Assembly: GCF_009834535.1 (NCBI RefSeq)
Contig: NC_045696.1
Location: 13,270,001 to 13,334,000 of the forward strand
DNA from: Camelus ferus
Lineage: Eukaryota
Length of the DNA: 64,000 bases
Direction of reading: 5' to 3'
Below are positions 12,166 to 23,892 of the stretch, in pieces (the first letter of the stretch is position 1; each line of letters starts with the position of its first letter). A program made the position numbers and the translations under genes. The notes beneath the pieces are model-generated. The model was given only the letters and a program-made list of their open reading frames with translations, did not search any database and was not told the DNA's origin.

Positions 12166-13959
12166 AGAGTGGTACAGAAAGCAAATTCTTCATTCAACAT
12201 TGCAGAGCCAGGACATTAGTAGCTGAATTGGAGGAGGATGATAATTGACATGAGTCTGAATGCTATCTCATAAATAAAAATGCTATTTAGAATCATAAAC
12301 TAAGGAGAACTTGGCAGAACTTCCCATCTTATGCTGACATCCCCTTTCAACATTTCTGACAGGTGATTATTCCCCTTGCCGCTGATTAAATATTTCAAGG
12401 TCATATCTTAGCATTTTAGTTACAAACAAGACAATGCATATCATTGGTTAAAACTGTAAACTTTAGACATTTTAGGAACTGGTATTATTTCTTTGTCCAG
12501 AGCTGCATAGGGAATTGAAGGAAGGACCAGAAGAATTCACTCTTCCTTTAAATCTAAAAGCCCTAAATGTGAGAAGATGCTAGGATGAATAGTTTTCATG
12601 TACACAGTACAAGCTAGGAGTCAGAATGCAGGTAATTTTCAACAGGTACAGAATGAGAAACACAAATGGAAATTTTTCTGAAGAGTAGAAACTTGACTGA
12701 ATTTGCTGCCAGATCCAATGTCATCTAATTAACCCAAGGGACAGCCTGTCCTGACAATCAAAATCAGATGGCATGCTGTAATGGGGACTGTTACTCAGTG
12801 ATGCCACAATAGGGTAAAATCATGTCAAAACTTATGTTTCTCCAGGGACATTTTTTTATTCAACTCTGTAATTTTTCACCTGGATTCCATTAAGGAAAAA
12901 AAAAAAACCCACTCAATGCTGACATACGAAGTAAAAGTCCAAATAAATATCAAAGCAAATATAGATGCCACAGTGGAGAATTTTATCTTTTACTCTTTGA
13001 TTTTTAAAAGCTTGAATTTGAATATCTTGTTTATGTACTGAAAATTCTAATCTTCATTGCATCAAAATAAATCAATAAATCACATTTTCATAGTAAAACA
13101 GGGGCAGAAACCTGCCCATATTTTATACAGCTGTCAGTGATATCCCGTATATATAATGTTTCACTCCTACGTAGTAAACTTATTTTGGAGCCGATCAATT
13201 AGGAGCTGTTTATATAGTTTAAAATTAAGTATCAGTTCAGCAAAGTTTATTAGGAGTTTGCTAGACTTTAGCATCCTGGGTTCAGTTCAACAGGTGTCTA
13301 TTAAATGCCTGCCATATACCTCATGGTGCTGTGAAGTCAGAAAGATAAATTGACTCTGTCCTTGTCCGAGGGAAAGATCTTACAATGTCCGAAGGAAGCA
13401 TGTGAAGTGCTAACATAGAGATGTACAGGAACTATGAAGTCCAGTAGAGGACTTATCCCCAAACAGAGGTTTGAGAGAGGGCTTGCTGGACTAAGAAAAT
13501 TAATTCTGAGATGGAGTTAGCCCACATGAAAAATGAGAGGCAGTGCTTTCCAGACTGAAAGGAGTTCAACAAAAGGGGTGTGATAAGGCAGGTTTTAGTC
13601 AGGAAAAGAGAAACTCACCTGTCGTCCCTGTATGAGAACAGCACGGTAGGTGAGGGAAAATACAAGTAAGTTTGTGTTGCTAGAAGTTACGGTATCTACT
13701 ATGCATTTATGTACATCACTCCACTTACATGGAAATAACAGTTGTAAAATGGCTGAGACTCAAGACATGGGACTTAGTTAGAGGCTATTTTAATAGCTCA
13801 GGTGAGAAATGATGAGGGTGGTAGGCAAGGAACATTGTTAAAGAATATTTAGGGTAGAAAGTTGGACAGGTCTTAATGAGATGAGTGGGCTGAAGTGGAT
13901 GGAGAAGTTTAGACAAACCCGTAGAGGTCTGGTTTGAATGACATGGTCTATCCTACTGG

Positions 13960-15131
13960 AATGTGTCAAGTCAGGTACCTATATGATATCAGGAGACTAG
14001 AGTGGGTAGATAGACACTCCCAAGTGTCTGATGCATATGCACAAAGGAAGTCCCCTCAGAGATTGTTCTAGATCAAGGATTTACAAAAAGGGTAGAGGTG
14101 ATTGCTAAAGAGATTTCTCTGGAGACAGCTGTTGCCTCTCTGTAAGTTAACACTTCTGCTTTCAGGATACAATTTCCTAACTCCATTTCTAGTGAGTAGA
14201 ACTTCCTGGGGGCCATTTAGAGAAATCCAAAATAGGTTGGCTACAGTTGAAGGTGCAGAAGACCAATGGCTGACTCAAACATGAGAAATTTAAGGTAGAC
14301 AATAGACTATGGTGTGATTCCCAAGTGACAAAATAAGGCTACATGAGAGTTAACCAATTGAGATGGTGGGCCAACCAGAAGTCTGCCATGTCACAATTAG
14401 AAACACACCTAGAATTTCCAAGGAAAGGATGAGTGGGCGTTTCCTTTGGATGCACAGTGCCTTGGTGGGACTGTCTTGGGTTATACTCAGTGAGGCTATC
14501 TAAAGGGTGGAGGAGACTTCAGCAGAAAGAACAAGAGGTGTACTAGTGGATGCCAAGGGGATGAGGAAGTACAGTACCCTTCCATCTACAACAGGGATCC
14601 ACTGGTCATGGTCAAAGGAACATCAGGAGAGACTGACCAATAGAAAGTCATGAAGAGCCATAAAGTGCTTCAAGAAAGACAGCTTTAAAAATCTACCAGA
14701 CTTACCAGGGACACCAGCTTAATATAGGATTTTTCTGCTAAGCCTGGAGAGTACTGAGTATCCCAGCCAAGTAAGAAGTGTCCGAACGCTTTCTGAGCCT
14801 GGTAGGAGGTCCAACAGCTAAGGGTGTTGAGAGGAAGTAAGCAAGGAAAGGAGGAAGAGGAGAGCCAACCATACCACCACTTCCTGAGAGTCTTCCAGCA
14901 AAGCTCAGGGAGAGAAGGAATCTGACGGTAAATCAAGTTGGATTTTTGATTGATATCTTAGACTAGATATTCTAATTACTAAATTTAACTTAAAGGGACT
15001 CGAGGATTGTCATTACTTTAGTAAACAAAAATGTCATACTCTCTACCCAGTTTTCACTAAATAATTTTAAGCGGGAAGAAGAATAAATTGGTTTTGCTGT
15101 CCTACTGGTTGTGTTCAACATACCAGTTACA
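13960..15131. mobile_element. Probable ancient LTR-like element nested in an L2
   Basis: A TG...TTACA-bounded block of about 1.1 kb with a late AATAAA. L2-like antisense sequence flanks it (about 13290-13950 and 15132-15530). Family not identified. Confidence 0.35.
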
Positions 15132-15311
15132 TCGTCATTTATTGACATTGAGCCTGTTGTAGCAGTAATAGATTTAACAGATAAAGTGATGGGTTCTATT
15201 TGGGAATTTGTTGATATGAGAGTGGCAGCAAGACATCCAAGTGGATTTTTCCAACGAGGAAGTAGTTGAATGAATTTAGACCTAAATTCATTTTGGTCTA
15301 AATTTAGAAGA

Positions 15312-15491
15312 GGGGAGAGGAGGGTATAGCTCAAGTGGAAGAGTGCATACTTAGCATACATGAAGTCCTGGGTTCAATACCTATTACCTCCATTAAAAAA
15401 AAAACAAACTAATAATAAATAAATAAATAAACCTAATGACCTCCCCCTCACCATCCCCCCCCAATTAATTAATTTAAAAAAAAGACAAAAA
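15312..15491 (+). mobile_element. tRNA-derived SINE, camelid Vic-1-like
   Basis: GGGTATAGCTCAAGTGGAAGAGTGCATACTTAGCATACATGAAGTCCTGGGTTCAATACC has A-box TAGCTCAAGTGG and B-box GGTTCAATACC. It is followed by poly-A/(TAAA)n, ACCTAATGACCTCCCCC and a second A-tail. Diverged TSD: TAAATTTAGAAGAG / TAAACTTTAGGAGAG. Confidence 0.85.
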
Positions 15492-16724
15492 TAAACTTTA
15501 GGAGAGAAGTTACGGCTGTAAATAAAACACACACAAAAAAGAAAGAAAAAACAGTTGTTCTATTTCTTTTGAACAAACTATTTTCCCTTTTATCTCTTTA
15601 TGAGTGATAATACTTCCAAACCAAGATGTCTTCAATTTCTCAATAATCATGGGTTTATCTGTTTCAATCAAACCTACACAGAGCTACCAATGTAATCTGA
15701 TTTATCATTTCATCTCAGCCTCAAGAACAGTGAGTTCTTATCAATTATCAATCAAATTTGAATTTCTCAGCAGGTAATTTTCACCAATTGTCTCTCCATA
15801 TTTATGAAAACTCATTTCTAGCCACTTCCACATGGGGCCACTCCATCTAAGCCCAACAGAACTTCTAATGTTTCATTTAGATTTTTGGTATTCACCATAT
15901 TGGAACATTCTTTCAATCAAATTCTGCCTTTCATATCCAGTTCAGACACTCTTAATGTGAGTTTCAGGGAACCTAGCATGATTGTAAAGCTTCTGAGATT
16001 GCGAATTTGTATGCCTTTCTTGGGAATAACAGATATATGGTTCAAATCAGTTTTAATTTAGGGTCTGTAACCCAGAAAATAGTTAAGAACCACTGACTTA
16101 ACCTGAAATCTGATACACTTCACTGCACGCACAGTTCACTGCTCTTCCCAGTACCTGTGATTACAGACTCTCCTCTGCCCAGATGCTCTGATGTACTTGC
16201 TCTTTCTACAGCTGTTCCCACTGATCTCTCTATGGCTATCTGGAACTTACTCTGGGTCCAGAGTAACTCTGGCCACAGGCAGAAAGTGCTTCAGCTTCCT
16301 CAGCCCCTACATTCAGCCATCATTTCCCAGACGTGGTTTGACCTGAGATGTGGTTTGCTAGGGTTTTCTTTTAGCTCCGCCTGGCTGATTGTTACCTAAT
16401 GCCTTTGGGTGCCTCTGGAACAATCGTGTGTGCTCAATGATTGAAAGCTCCCGCCTTCCCTGGCATCATTGCACTTGGCCTCTTGTGTGCTGCACACCTG
16501 GCTGCATGGAGCTCCTGATTTTCCACTGCCAGGTCCTGTCCTCCTTTTTACAAACACTGCTTCTTCATCTTGGGCTCCAGTGATAACAATGATGACGCCA
16601 AATAACAATACCAAGAATGCAGCTCTTACAGGTGCTAGATAATATGCTTAATGCTTTGTATGTGCTGCCTCATTTTCCCCTGACAACAGCCTTATATGGT
16701 ACACATTCTAGCAAGAACCTCCCA

Positions 16725-16960
16725 TTTAATGGTAGCTACCCTTTCTTGAGCAACCACTACATGCCAGACATTTTGCTAGGCTGTACATGTATTAAATGTA
16801 ATCCCTACAAACATATAAAGTGGGTATTTTTATCCCCAATTTATAGAAGAGGGAACTGAGAAAAAAAAAAAAAGACGCTAAATGACTAGGTTTACACAGA
16901 TGGCAAACTGATTAAAACTCAGTTCAGAGTTAAGCAGGCTGCTCTTTCCTGAGACCGCTG
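16725..16960 (-). mobile_element. MIR SINE (antisense)
   Basis: TTATCCCCAATTTATAGAAGAGGGAACTGAG is the MIR core in reverse, with TTGAGCAACCACTACATGCCAG. Confidence 0.65.
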
Positions 16961-18859
16961 CCTCACTCTCCCACTGGAAGCTAGGACCCCAGGAGACAGA
17001 TCTACCCAGGCCCTGGTTTCTGCCTTACTGAATCGTGTCTGGATATGATATTCATGTGCCAAATGTGACCTATGGTGCTTGCTCATAGATGGTGTGCGTT
17101 CTTCAGCTCCTCTGCTTTTCACTCGTACACGTATCCATTCACCATCTTGTCTGGCATCTATTTACTGGGTGCTTACTCTGCGCTCAGCATCGTGCGAGGA
17201 CCAGGGAATCAAGAGTGGACAAGCAAAGCTTGCAGATGGACATGCAAACAAATATGATGGTCTAACAAGAGTGATGACGGACGGAAGGAGACTGGATTTG
17301 TGAGTCAGGGCCAGCAGACAGAGGCTGGTCCTTGAGCTGGGTCATAAATGGTGATCCAGAGGAGGCACTTCAGTCAGAGGCAAGAGAATTTGGAAGAAGC
17401 ACATGGCAAGTTCAGGGAATGGCAGAAGGTTCAGTAAATGCCGGGATAGAGGCAGGAGGTAAGAGAGATGGCATTGGGAGTCAGGGCCCAGATCACTAGG
17501 GACCCTGCGTGTCCTGCTGAATGGTGTAGTTTCCAACGAAAGCTACAAATGAAGCCTGGCATCTCTCCACTATGTAGAATTTATATCAGTAGACAGTCTA
17601 AAAACATGTCTTCTAATTTGGGGATGATATCCCCTCTTGTGCCAGGTTAATGTAACTTATATAATAGAGTCCCAGGAATTGAGTTACCGAGGGAACTTAT
17701 AATCTAACATGCATTTGTTTAACAAGTGCCCAGAGAGATAACACTATAACACACCCTATCATGTTTAAAATCTTCCTTAATTCTTCCTGTCTTTCTAGTT
17801 AGCATAACGCACTGGAAGGTAGTTGGCTTGAGAGACCTGTCTGAAAGGCTTACTGGTTCTAAATGATGTGTGGAGTTATCAGGGACTAGTGCACATGCAA
17901 CTACCTCTTTGCTCGGGAAGTTTACCTCCTGTAACAAATTTGATCTTCACCCCATAAATTCAGTCTGCTGACTTGCTCCTTTATGCTATTTCTGATTATA
18001 GTTTTGGAAATCATTTAGACAGTGATAGTTACTAAAGGAAAGGACTGGGGGAAGTTTTTGGACCAAGTGACTTAAAAGCCAAAAGCTGAAAAGTTTCATT
18101 GTATTAGGTTCTCATTGAAAGAAAAGATCTGCGTTTTCTCATTTCTGCACGTTTTAGTTTGTCTTAGCATTTCCTCATCTGGTCCTTCAGCAGGCTGGGG
18201 CATTGCTCCTGTTTACCAGCTTTCTCATCTTCTCTGCAGGTGCCTACACTCTGCCAAAGGTAGTGTAAGTCGTCATGACTCAGGAGACAAAAGAAAGGAT
18301 GAGCACAGGCTCCTAATGCATCCTTCCCTCTGCCCCCAGCTGTGGAGACTGAGAATGGGGAATTTGCTTTTTGGAGTAAATGAATGTAAAATGCTTTCTT
18401 GCCTTCAATGGGGTCCCTCATCTTAGAGCTCATTATTTCTTTAAATGTATATAAATAAGACTTGGTAATTTCACCTTCTTTTGCAACTTAAGTACATGCA
18501 AAAAGGTGCTTGGGGTGCTCCAGTGTGTTTAATCCCAGCTTTCATGTGGTCTCCTGCCTCTCCTTGCACTGGTACAAGATAGAAGGAAACCAGCTGTTTT
18601 CTAGTTAAGGATCAAGGTGATCAGGATGGCGATTCAGGACATAACCACGATCGCTGCAGGGAGAGGAGCGGCTATGTGATGCTTTCCTATTAGGCACAGT
18701 ATGTCTGATCGAGGTAGCTGTCAGAAAGGGTACTTCATGTCATGCAGATCTGTGATTTCTTTGTTGTTGTTGCTTCTGTTGCCAGTTTTAAATTCCTGGC
18801 ATCACCCTCAGTAAAATGGAACGAGGGCTGTTATGAGTGGTCCATTCCAATAGTAAGAG

Positions 18860-19290
18860 AATAGCTAATATTTCAGATTCTTACTATGTTCCTACTTACT
18901 CTTCTCAAGTATTAACTTTACTCTTTATCCTCAAAATAATTATGTGAGATAGAAGGTGTTATTCCCATTTTACAGATGAGAAAACTGAGACACAGGGAGT
19001 TTAAGTAACTTGTCCAGATTACATTGCTCATAAATGTTAGTGGAGCTGGAATTTAAACTCAAATAATGATGATGCCAGGAGTAGGATGAGGTAAGAGAGG
19101 TGCCTAGGGCGCAAAATTAAAGGAAGCACTCCTTCTCAGTCTCCTGTAAGTGCAGGGTTCAAATCTGAAAGTTAGTGCCTCTTTAAATTGTGTGCCCAAG
19201 GCACTTCTTTGCTGCTTGCCACATCCCAGTCTCAGCCTCGCAAATAACCTTGGTTTGGAGCCTGGGTAGTGTTAACCTTCATACCTCCTG
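18860..19290 (-). mobile_element. MIR SINE interrupted by a MER91-like hAT MITE (about 19068-19240)
   Basis: MIR core ATTCCCATTTTACAGATGAGAAAACTGAGACACAG. The insert is quasi-palindromic (GTGCCTAGGGCGCAAAATTAAAGGAAGCACT / AGTGCCTCTTTAAATTGTGTGCCCAAGGCAC) and flanked by CAAATAA at 19060 and 19241. Confidence 0.75.
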
Positions 19291-20083
19291 CCTCTCTGGT
19301 CCTGACCCTTATGGACCAGAGTCAACCTTCAATGAAGAAGTAGATTGAAGAGCCCAAAAAAGGGTCAGTAGGTACTGAAGAGATCAGCAGAGATAAAGCC
19401 CAAAGTAGGTATCTTTCTTCATATTTCTCCCTTGCTCTTAGCTGGGCATCCTTCTCTTGGACTATGCTCCCTGCCATTCTTCTCTTTCATGGCTTTGTCT
19501 CACCCCAGCCTCCTCCAGTACAGAGAGAAATAAAGATACTCTTCACTTGAGAGGTAGATGTCTGTATCCCACAGAGAAAACATTAGAGCAGCATCACCGT
19601 GTATGGTGTATCCTCAGACAGACCTGGCTGTCCTCAAGTTCTTTATTTCCTTTTGTCAAATCCAGACATACTCTGAGGTGTGTGTCGGGGTCAAAGGTAA
19701 TCCAAGGATTTATATCAATAAAGCATCTCAGGATCTTAGAACAGGATCTGGTGAAGGGAAATCAAACTGCCTTAGAGAAAAGGAAAGGGTGCCCAGGATT
19801 TCAGGGAACAGTGAGTACTGTACCCTTGGAAATCCTTTCATTTATGTGGTATGTTTTGAAAGGGACCAGATTTTTCCAGTTAGCTGACAAATGGTGAAAT
19901 AATCAGTGTATCATTAGGACAGAGGGGTCCTCCTGTTCAGTCCCATAGAACCCACGACTAAGGAAACCACTGGGACTATGGGATGACAATATGGGAACTA
20001 TGTCTGGACCAACCTACCTACCCCTTGACCCACAGGTGATAGAATAAGCACCTGTGAGTATCACGAACACGTGTGGAGGGCCA

Positions 20084-20097
20084 GCAGCAGGTGGCGC
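20084..20097 (+). promoter_or_regulatory. Candidate CTCF site
   Basis: GCAGCAGGTGGCGC matches 13 of 14 positions of the CTCF core CCASYAGRKGGCRS, in a locally CpG-retaining patch. Motif evidence only. Confidence 0.5.
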
Positions 20098-20353
20098 CAG
20101 CGCTGAAATGAAGGAAGGTGAATGTTATGATCTGTTAACTACTTAAAGTTTCTCATCATCACGTTGGAAAGTTCCTGATAGTTCTTCTAGACAAAACTTT
20201 ACCAGCGAACTCCCAGCAGACTGACTGGCAACGCCTTCTTTTCCCTTACAGACATCATGCCAACAGAGCCCTATGGGAAGGACCTCGCCAAATGGGCAAG
20301 GCCAGCAGCGCTAAGCCAAAGGAAGAACTGAGTAGTGAGCGAGCAGCACTTGC

Positions 20354-20497
20354 CTCTTTGATCAGGTTCATAAATCTGGGTCCAAGGCGCCATGGCTTGT
20401 GTCGATGGCACTGCAGGGAGCTGACAGTCAGCTGGGAAGCCCGGTGGGAGGCAATGGCCACCATGTACACAGCATCATACATCAGGGCCGCTTCAGT
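20354..20497 (-). CDS. GRIK1: GluK1 coding exon (exon 7, 144 bp): [48 protein letters not shown]
   Basis: Acceptor TCTCCTCCACAG|ACTGAA. Receptor homology ends at LIKE, followed by AAAGAG|GCAAGT (a GC-type donor). Contains the second Cys of the conserved ATD disulfide (LQCHRH). Confidence 0.96.
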
Positions 20498-22059
20498 CTG
20501 TGGAGGAGAACACACACCACATGCTCAATTCCACCTTTGCTTACCTTCCTTTACCTGTGCAATCACCCTGCTTGCCTCCTTATCCCCTATTTGTCTGACT
20601 CACCAGCCATTTATTCCCCAGCTAAGTTTTGCTCTCCAATAGCTATTTTTCTCTAAAATGATACTTCATACTCCAGAGTAAATTGTAGTCATAGCTCTGC
20701 TTTGTTTTAAGTTCTTAAAAAAAAATAACTCAGACCAGCCACAAAAGATTTGATACAGGGAACACATATTTTTGGAGTGTCTTATGTTAAGCATAGTGTT
20801 CTGATCAACTACATTGAGGTGGAAGCTACAAAAGCTCCATATTTGAATATCGGATTTTGTTTCTCGGTATTTACCTGACTCTGTTTATCCATCTATGTCC
20901 TTATTTACATTTGGTAGAAAGAAAGTGTTGGGAGTAAAACTAACGTGGTTTCCAGGTAAGGATACTCATGTTGGTCACTTCCATTTACCAGAGTCAAGAA
21001 GGTTGCAGTCATGGAATGAGACTCAACAGCAGATTTGGGGAGACCCTCTGAAGAACAGACATGTGTAACTTGCTCAGAAATTGTATGTTCTTGTTAGCAC
21101 TTGCTTTCCTGATAGAGACTTCAAGTAGTCATTCCTTTTGTGGGCTGGGCGTGTAGTTCCTTGATTCCTCATGAAATTTCTCTCATCTGCAAAATTTCAC
21201 ATAATACCTCCAGCATTTTGTACACTCTCCTGCCCTATGGTTTTCTTGAAGGATAAAATCTTATAATACTTTCATATTTTACTTGAGGGTTTTCATAGCA
21301 ACTTCGAACATATTAGCTCACTTGAAACTCTTGATAACCCCACCAAATAAAGCAGAACAGATGGATAAAACTTTATTATGTAGGACACCGACCTGTAGAC
21401 GTTATATTGATTTGTGTAGGGTCACACATGTAGCCAATAATTGGTAGCGTTAAACCAAGATTCCAGGTCATAGAAGGAAGACTATCACGTGGTTTTCCGA
21501 AATCAATGGATTCATTCAACATTTACTGTGCATTTTTGAACATGTCTTGATGGAGGTAGAAAGAGAAGATAAGGGGAACTCCATCTTGCATTCCGTCAGT
21601 TTTTGAGTCCAGAGAATATCTCTGCGTTGAATACTTACTATTCTGTGCAATCGCTAAAATTGCATTTTCCACGCAGTAGCGTCGTAGCCATTTGTTTTCA
21701 CATCTGTTTCTCAGTAAGAATGTAGGTTTCTTTGTAGAAACTGCTCAACTTCATTTTCTTAGTGGCTAGCACAGTTCTTGGCACATAAAAGTTGTTTGAT
21801 AAATGTTTACTGAAGGAATTAATGTTATTTCATGCTTAAAATAAAATATACTTTTGTGAGAACTGTATAATTTCAAGGTTTTATGCTGTGTTTCTAAACA
21901 AGCCCCATCTGCAGTTCTTCGCGGTACCTGCTGAGCTATTGAAGGGTGCACATGATGATGAACTGTTCCACTCATATTTGCAAGATTGACATGTAGAAGT
22001 TAGATTGGTGATGGTGGTGATGATTGTTAAAGCTTTAAAATATTCTGATGATTTCAGTT

Positions 22060-22665
22060 CAAAACTGATATAATCCATTTTGCAGATGAGAAAGCTGAGG
22101 TTCAGGGGAATTAAGTGACTACTATAAGGCCACCCTCAATCTACTGACAGAATGAGACTTTTATAACAATCAATAACAATAGCTGACATTTGTTGAGCAC
22201 TTATTATATGTCAGGTGCCATTCTAAATATTTTGCAAAACATTGAATCTTCACCATAACCTGCATGCCTTTATGGGTAAACTGGTGGTGGGAAAGCCAAG
22301 ATTCAAATGCAGGGAGTTGGTGCTAGAGTTCATGCTGCCAACTGCAAAGCTGAGCTGCCTCTAAACCAAGTGTTTGTCTGGTGATTTAATGATTATAACA
22401 ACAGATCAACAAAGGTCAGTATTCATTGACAATTAACTACATAACGGGCACTGTAAGTATTTTACAGATGTTATCACCTTTAATTACTAAAATTAAGCCT
22501 TTGAAGTAGGTTTTGTCCCCATTTTATGGAGAGAGAAATTGAGGCTTGGAAGTTTACAGAATAATGTCAATCACTTGCCTAGAGTTATGTAGCCAGTTGC
22601 AGGGAACGAGGATCCCATCTCAGGGTGGAAGCTTAACTTCCAGAACTCATGTCTTTCATCATCAT
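22060..22665 (-). mobile_element. Cluster of two to three MIR fragments
   Basis: CCATTTTGCAGATGAGAAAGCTGAGGTTCAG, ATAGCTGACATTTGTTGAGCACTTATTATATGTCAGG and CCCCATTTTATGGAGAGAGAAATTGAGGC. Confidence 0.65.
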
Positions 22666-23336
22666 GTGATGGGGGCTTGGACATGCTTAGCAGCGGAACA
22701 TTCCTTTTTTATTTTTTTACACCTTTGTATGTATATTCACTAAGTGGCTGATTGGTTGATTTGACAGAGAAGTGTGAGGAGAGGAATTCCAATGATCTAA
22801 CTTTTCCATAAACTTAAAGACTAGGATTTTAACTTTCTTTATCAATGTTGTCTCTACACTGGGCTGGGTAAGAACATGGTTCAAAAACATAGGTCTGATC
22901 AATGCTTTTCAAATTCAAAGAAGAAAATTATTTATCCTAAAACTATGCTGCCCCTTGTCATACAATGCTTTCTTAGATTGAAGAGATGTTTACTCCAAGT
23001 TTTTTTTTATTTATAGCATAATAAACTACCACTGAATTTCCTCCCCTTTCCAGTTTTGTGCTAGAGGTCTATTTGCCAAACAACAACTCTCAAGTCATTT
23101 TAGGTAAATTAAAAAAAAAAGTTGGCTTGTATTTCAAATTTTATTTTTCCAAATGTGTTTGTGTTCACGTTTTATTTACGTCTAAAGCCTGGATGACACC
23201 ACAGATGCTCAATGCCTCTAAGAGAATCTTTTTACAACAATATGGATCACGAAACAAGCATACAGAAAGTGAGCTTCTCTCCAGTGCACAATGCTTGGGT
23301 TATTACAGTGATGCACAATAAAGGATTAACTCAAAG

Positions 23337-23892
23337 TGTTCAGACTCATCAAACCCTGCACATCCCAAAGGAAGGACTAGCCTTTCACTGGCTTCTGGGA
23401 GATTACCTCCTTGGAATACCCTGCCTGATCAGGGTATCTTTGGGTACTGTAGATAGTTTATGCTAACAATGTGATTTACAGTGAATATTTGCTCACCGGG
23501 GGCTCTGGGCCGGGCCATATCAGTGTGACCTCTGGAGTGGCTGGAGACTAACGAAGCTGGGTGGGTGCTCTATGCTTATGTGACTGATTCCCCCCACCCA
23601 TAAAATCCCCAAACACTGAGGCTCAGGTGAGCTTCCCTGGTTGGCAACACTTCATATGTGATATCACACATCTTTGCTGAGAATATAAAGCACATCAGTG
23701 CAGCTCTCCTGGCAAAGAAGAAGCTCCTGCATGTTGCTCCTGGACTTGGTCTTTTGTGACTTTTTCCTTTGCTGATTTTAATCTGTATCCTTTGGCTGTA
23801 ATAAATTGTAACTGTGAGTGTAACACCTTTTCTGACTTCTGTGAGTCCTTCTAGCAAATCATCACATCTGAATGTGGGCTTGGGGATGCCAA
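23337..23892 (+). mobile_element. ERV solo LTR, MER21-like
   Basis: GCTCAGGTGAGCTTCCCTGGTTGGCAACACTTC...GCTGATTTTAATCTGTATCCTTTGGCTGTAATAAATTGTAACTGTGAGT...TTCTGTGAGTCCTTCTAGCAAATCATC are hallmark MER21 segments. Confidence 0.75.

Noticed and set aside
11854..12193. Overlapping Cys/Val/Tyr- or His/Thr-rich ORFs
   Set aside because: Translations of a CA/TA low-complexity tract.
15320..15392. Possible tRNA-Ala gene
   Set aside because: Degenerate stems, followed by a SINE tail and TSD; it is a SINE head.
19457..19897. 146-aa and 109-aa plus-strand ORFs
   Set aside because: No homology or splice support; consistent with chance in intronic DNA.
1..20000. Antisense lncRNA exons (human has annotated GRIK1 antisense transcripts)
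   Set aside because: Cannot be located from sequence alone; needs stranded RNA-seq.
1..20353. Search for exon 8 (ARWDGLTG...) and the alternatively spliced GluK1-1 insert exon
   Set aside because: No matching codons seen on the minus strand. A long intron extending beyond the window is the simplest explanation, not exon loss.
20292..20656. Plus-strand ORFs opposite exon 7 (likewise 58029-58566 opposite exon 3)
   Set aside because: Antisense shadows of real coding exons.
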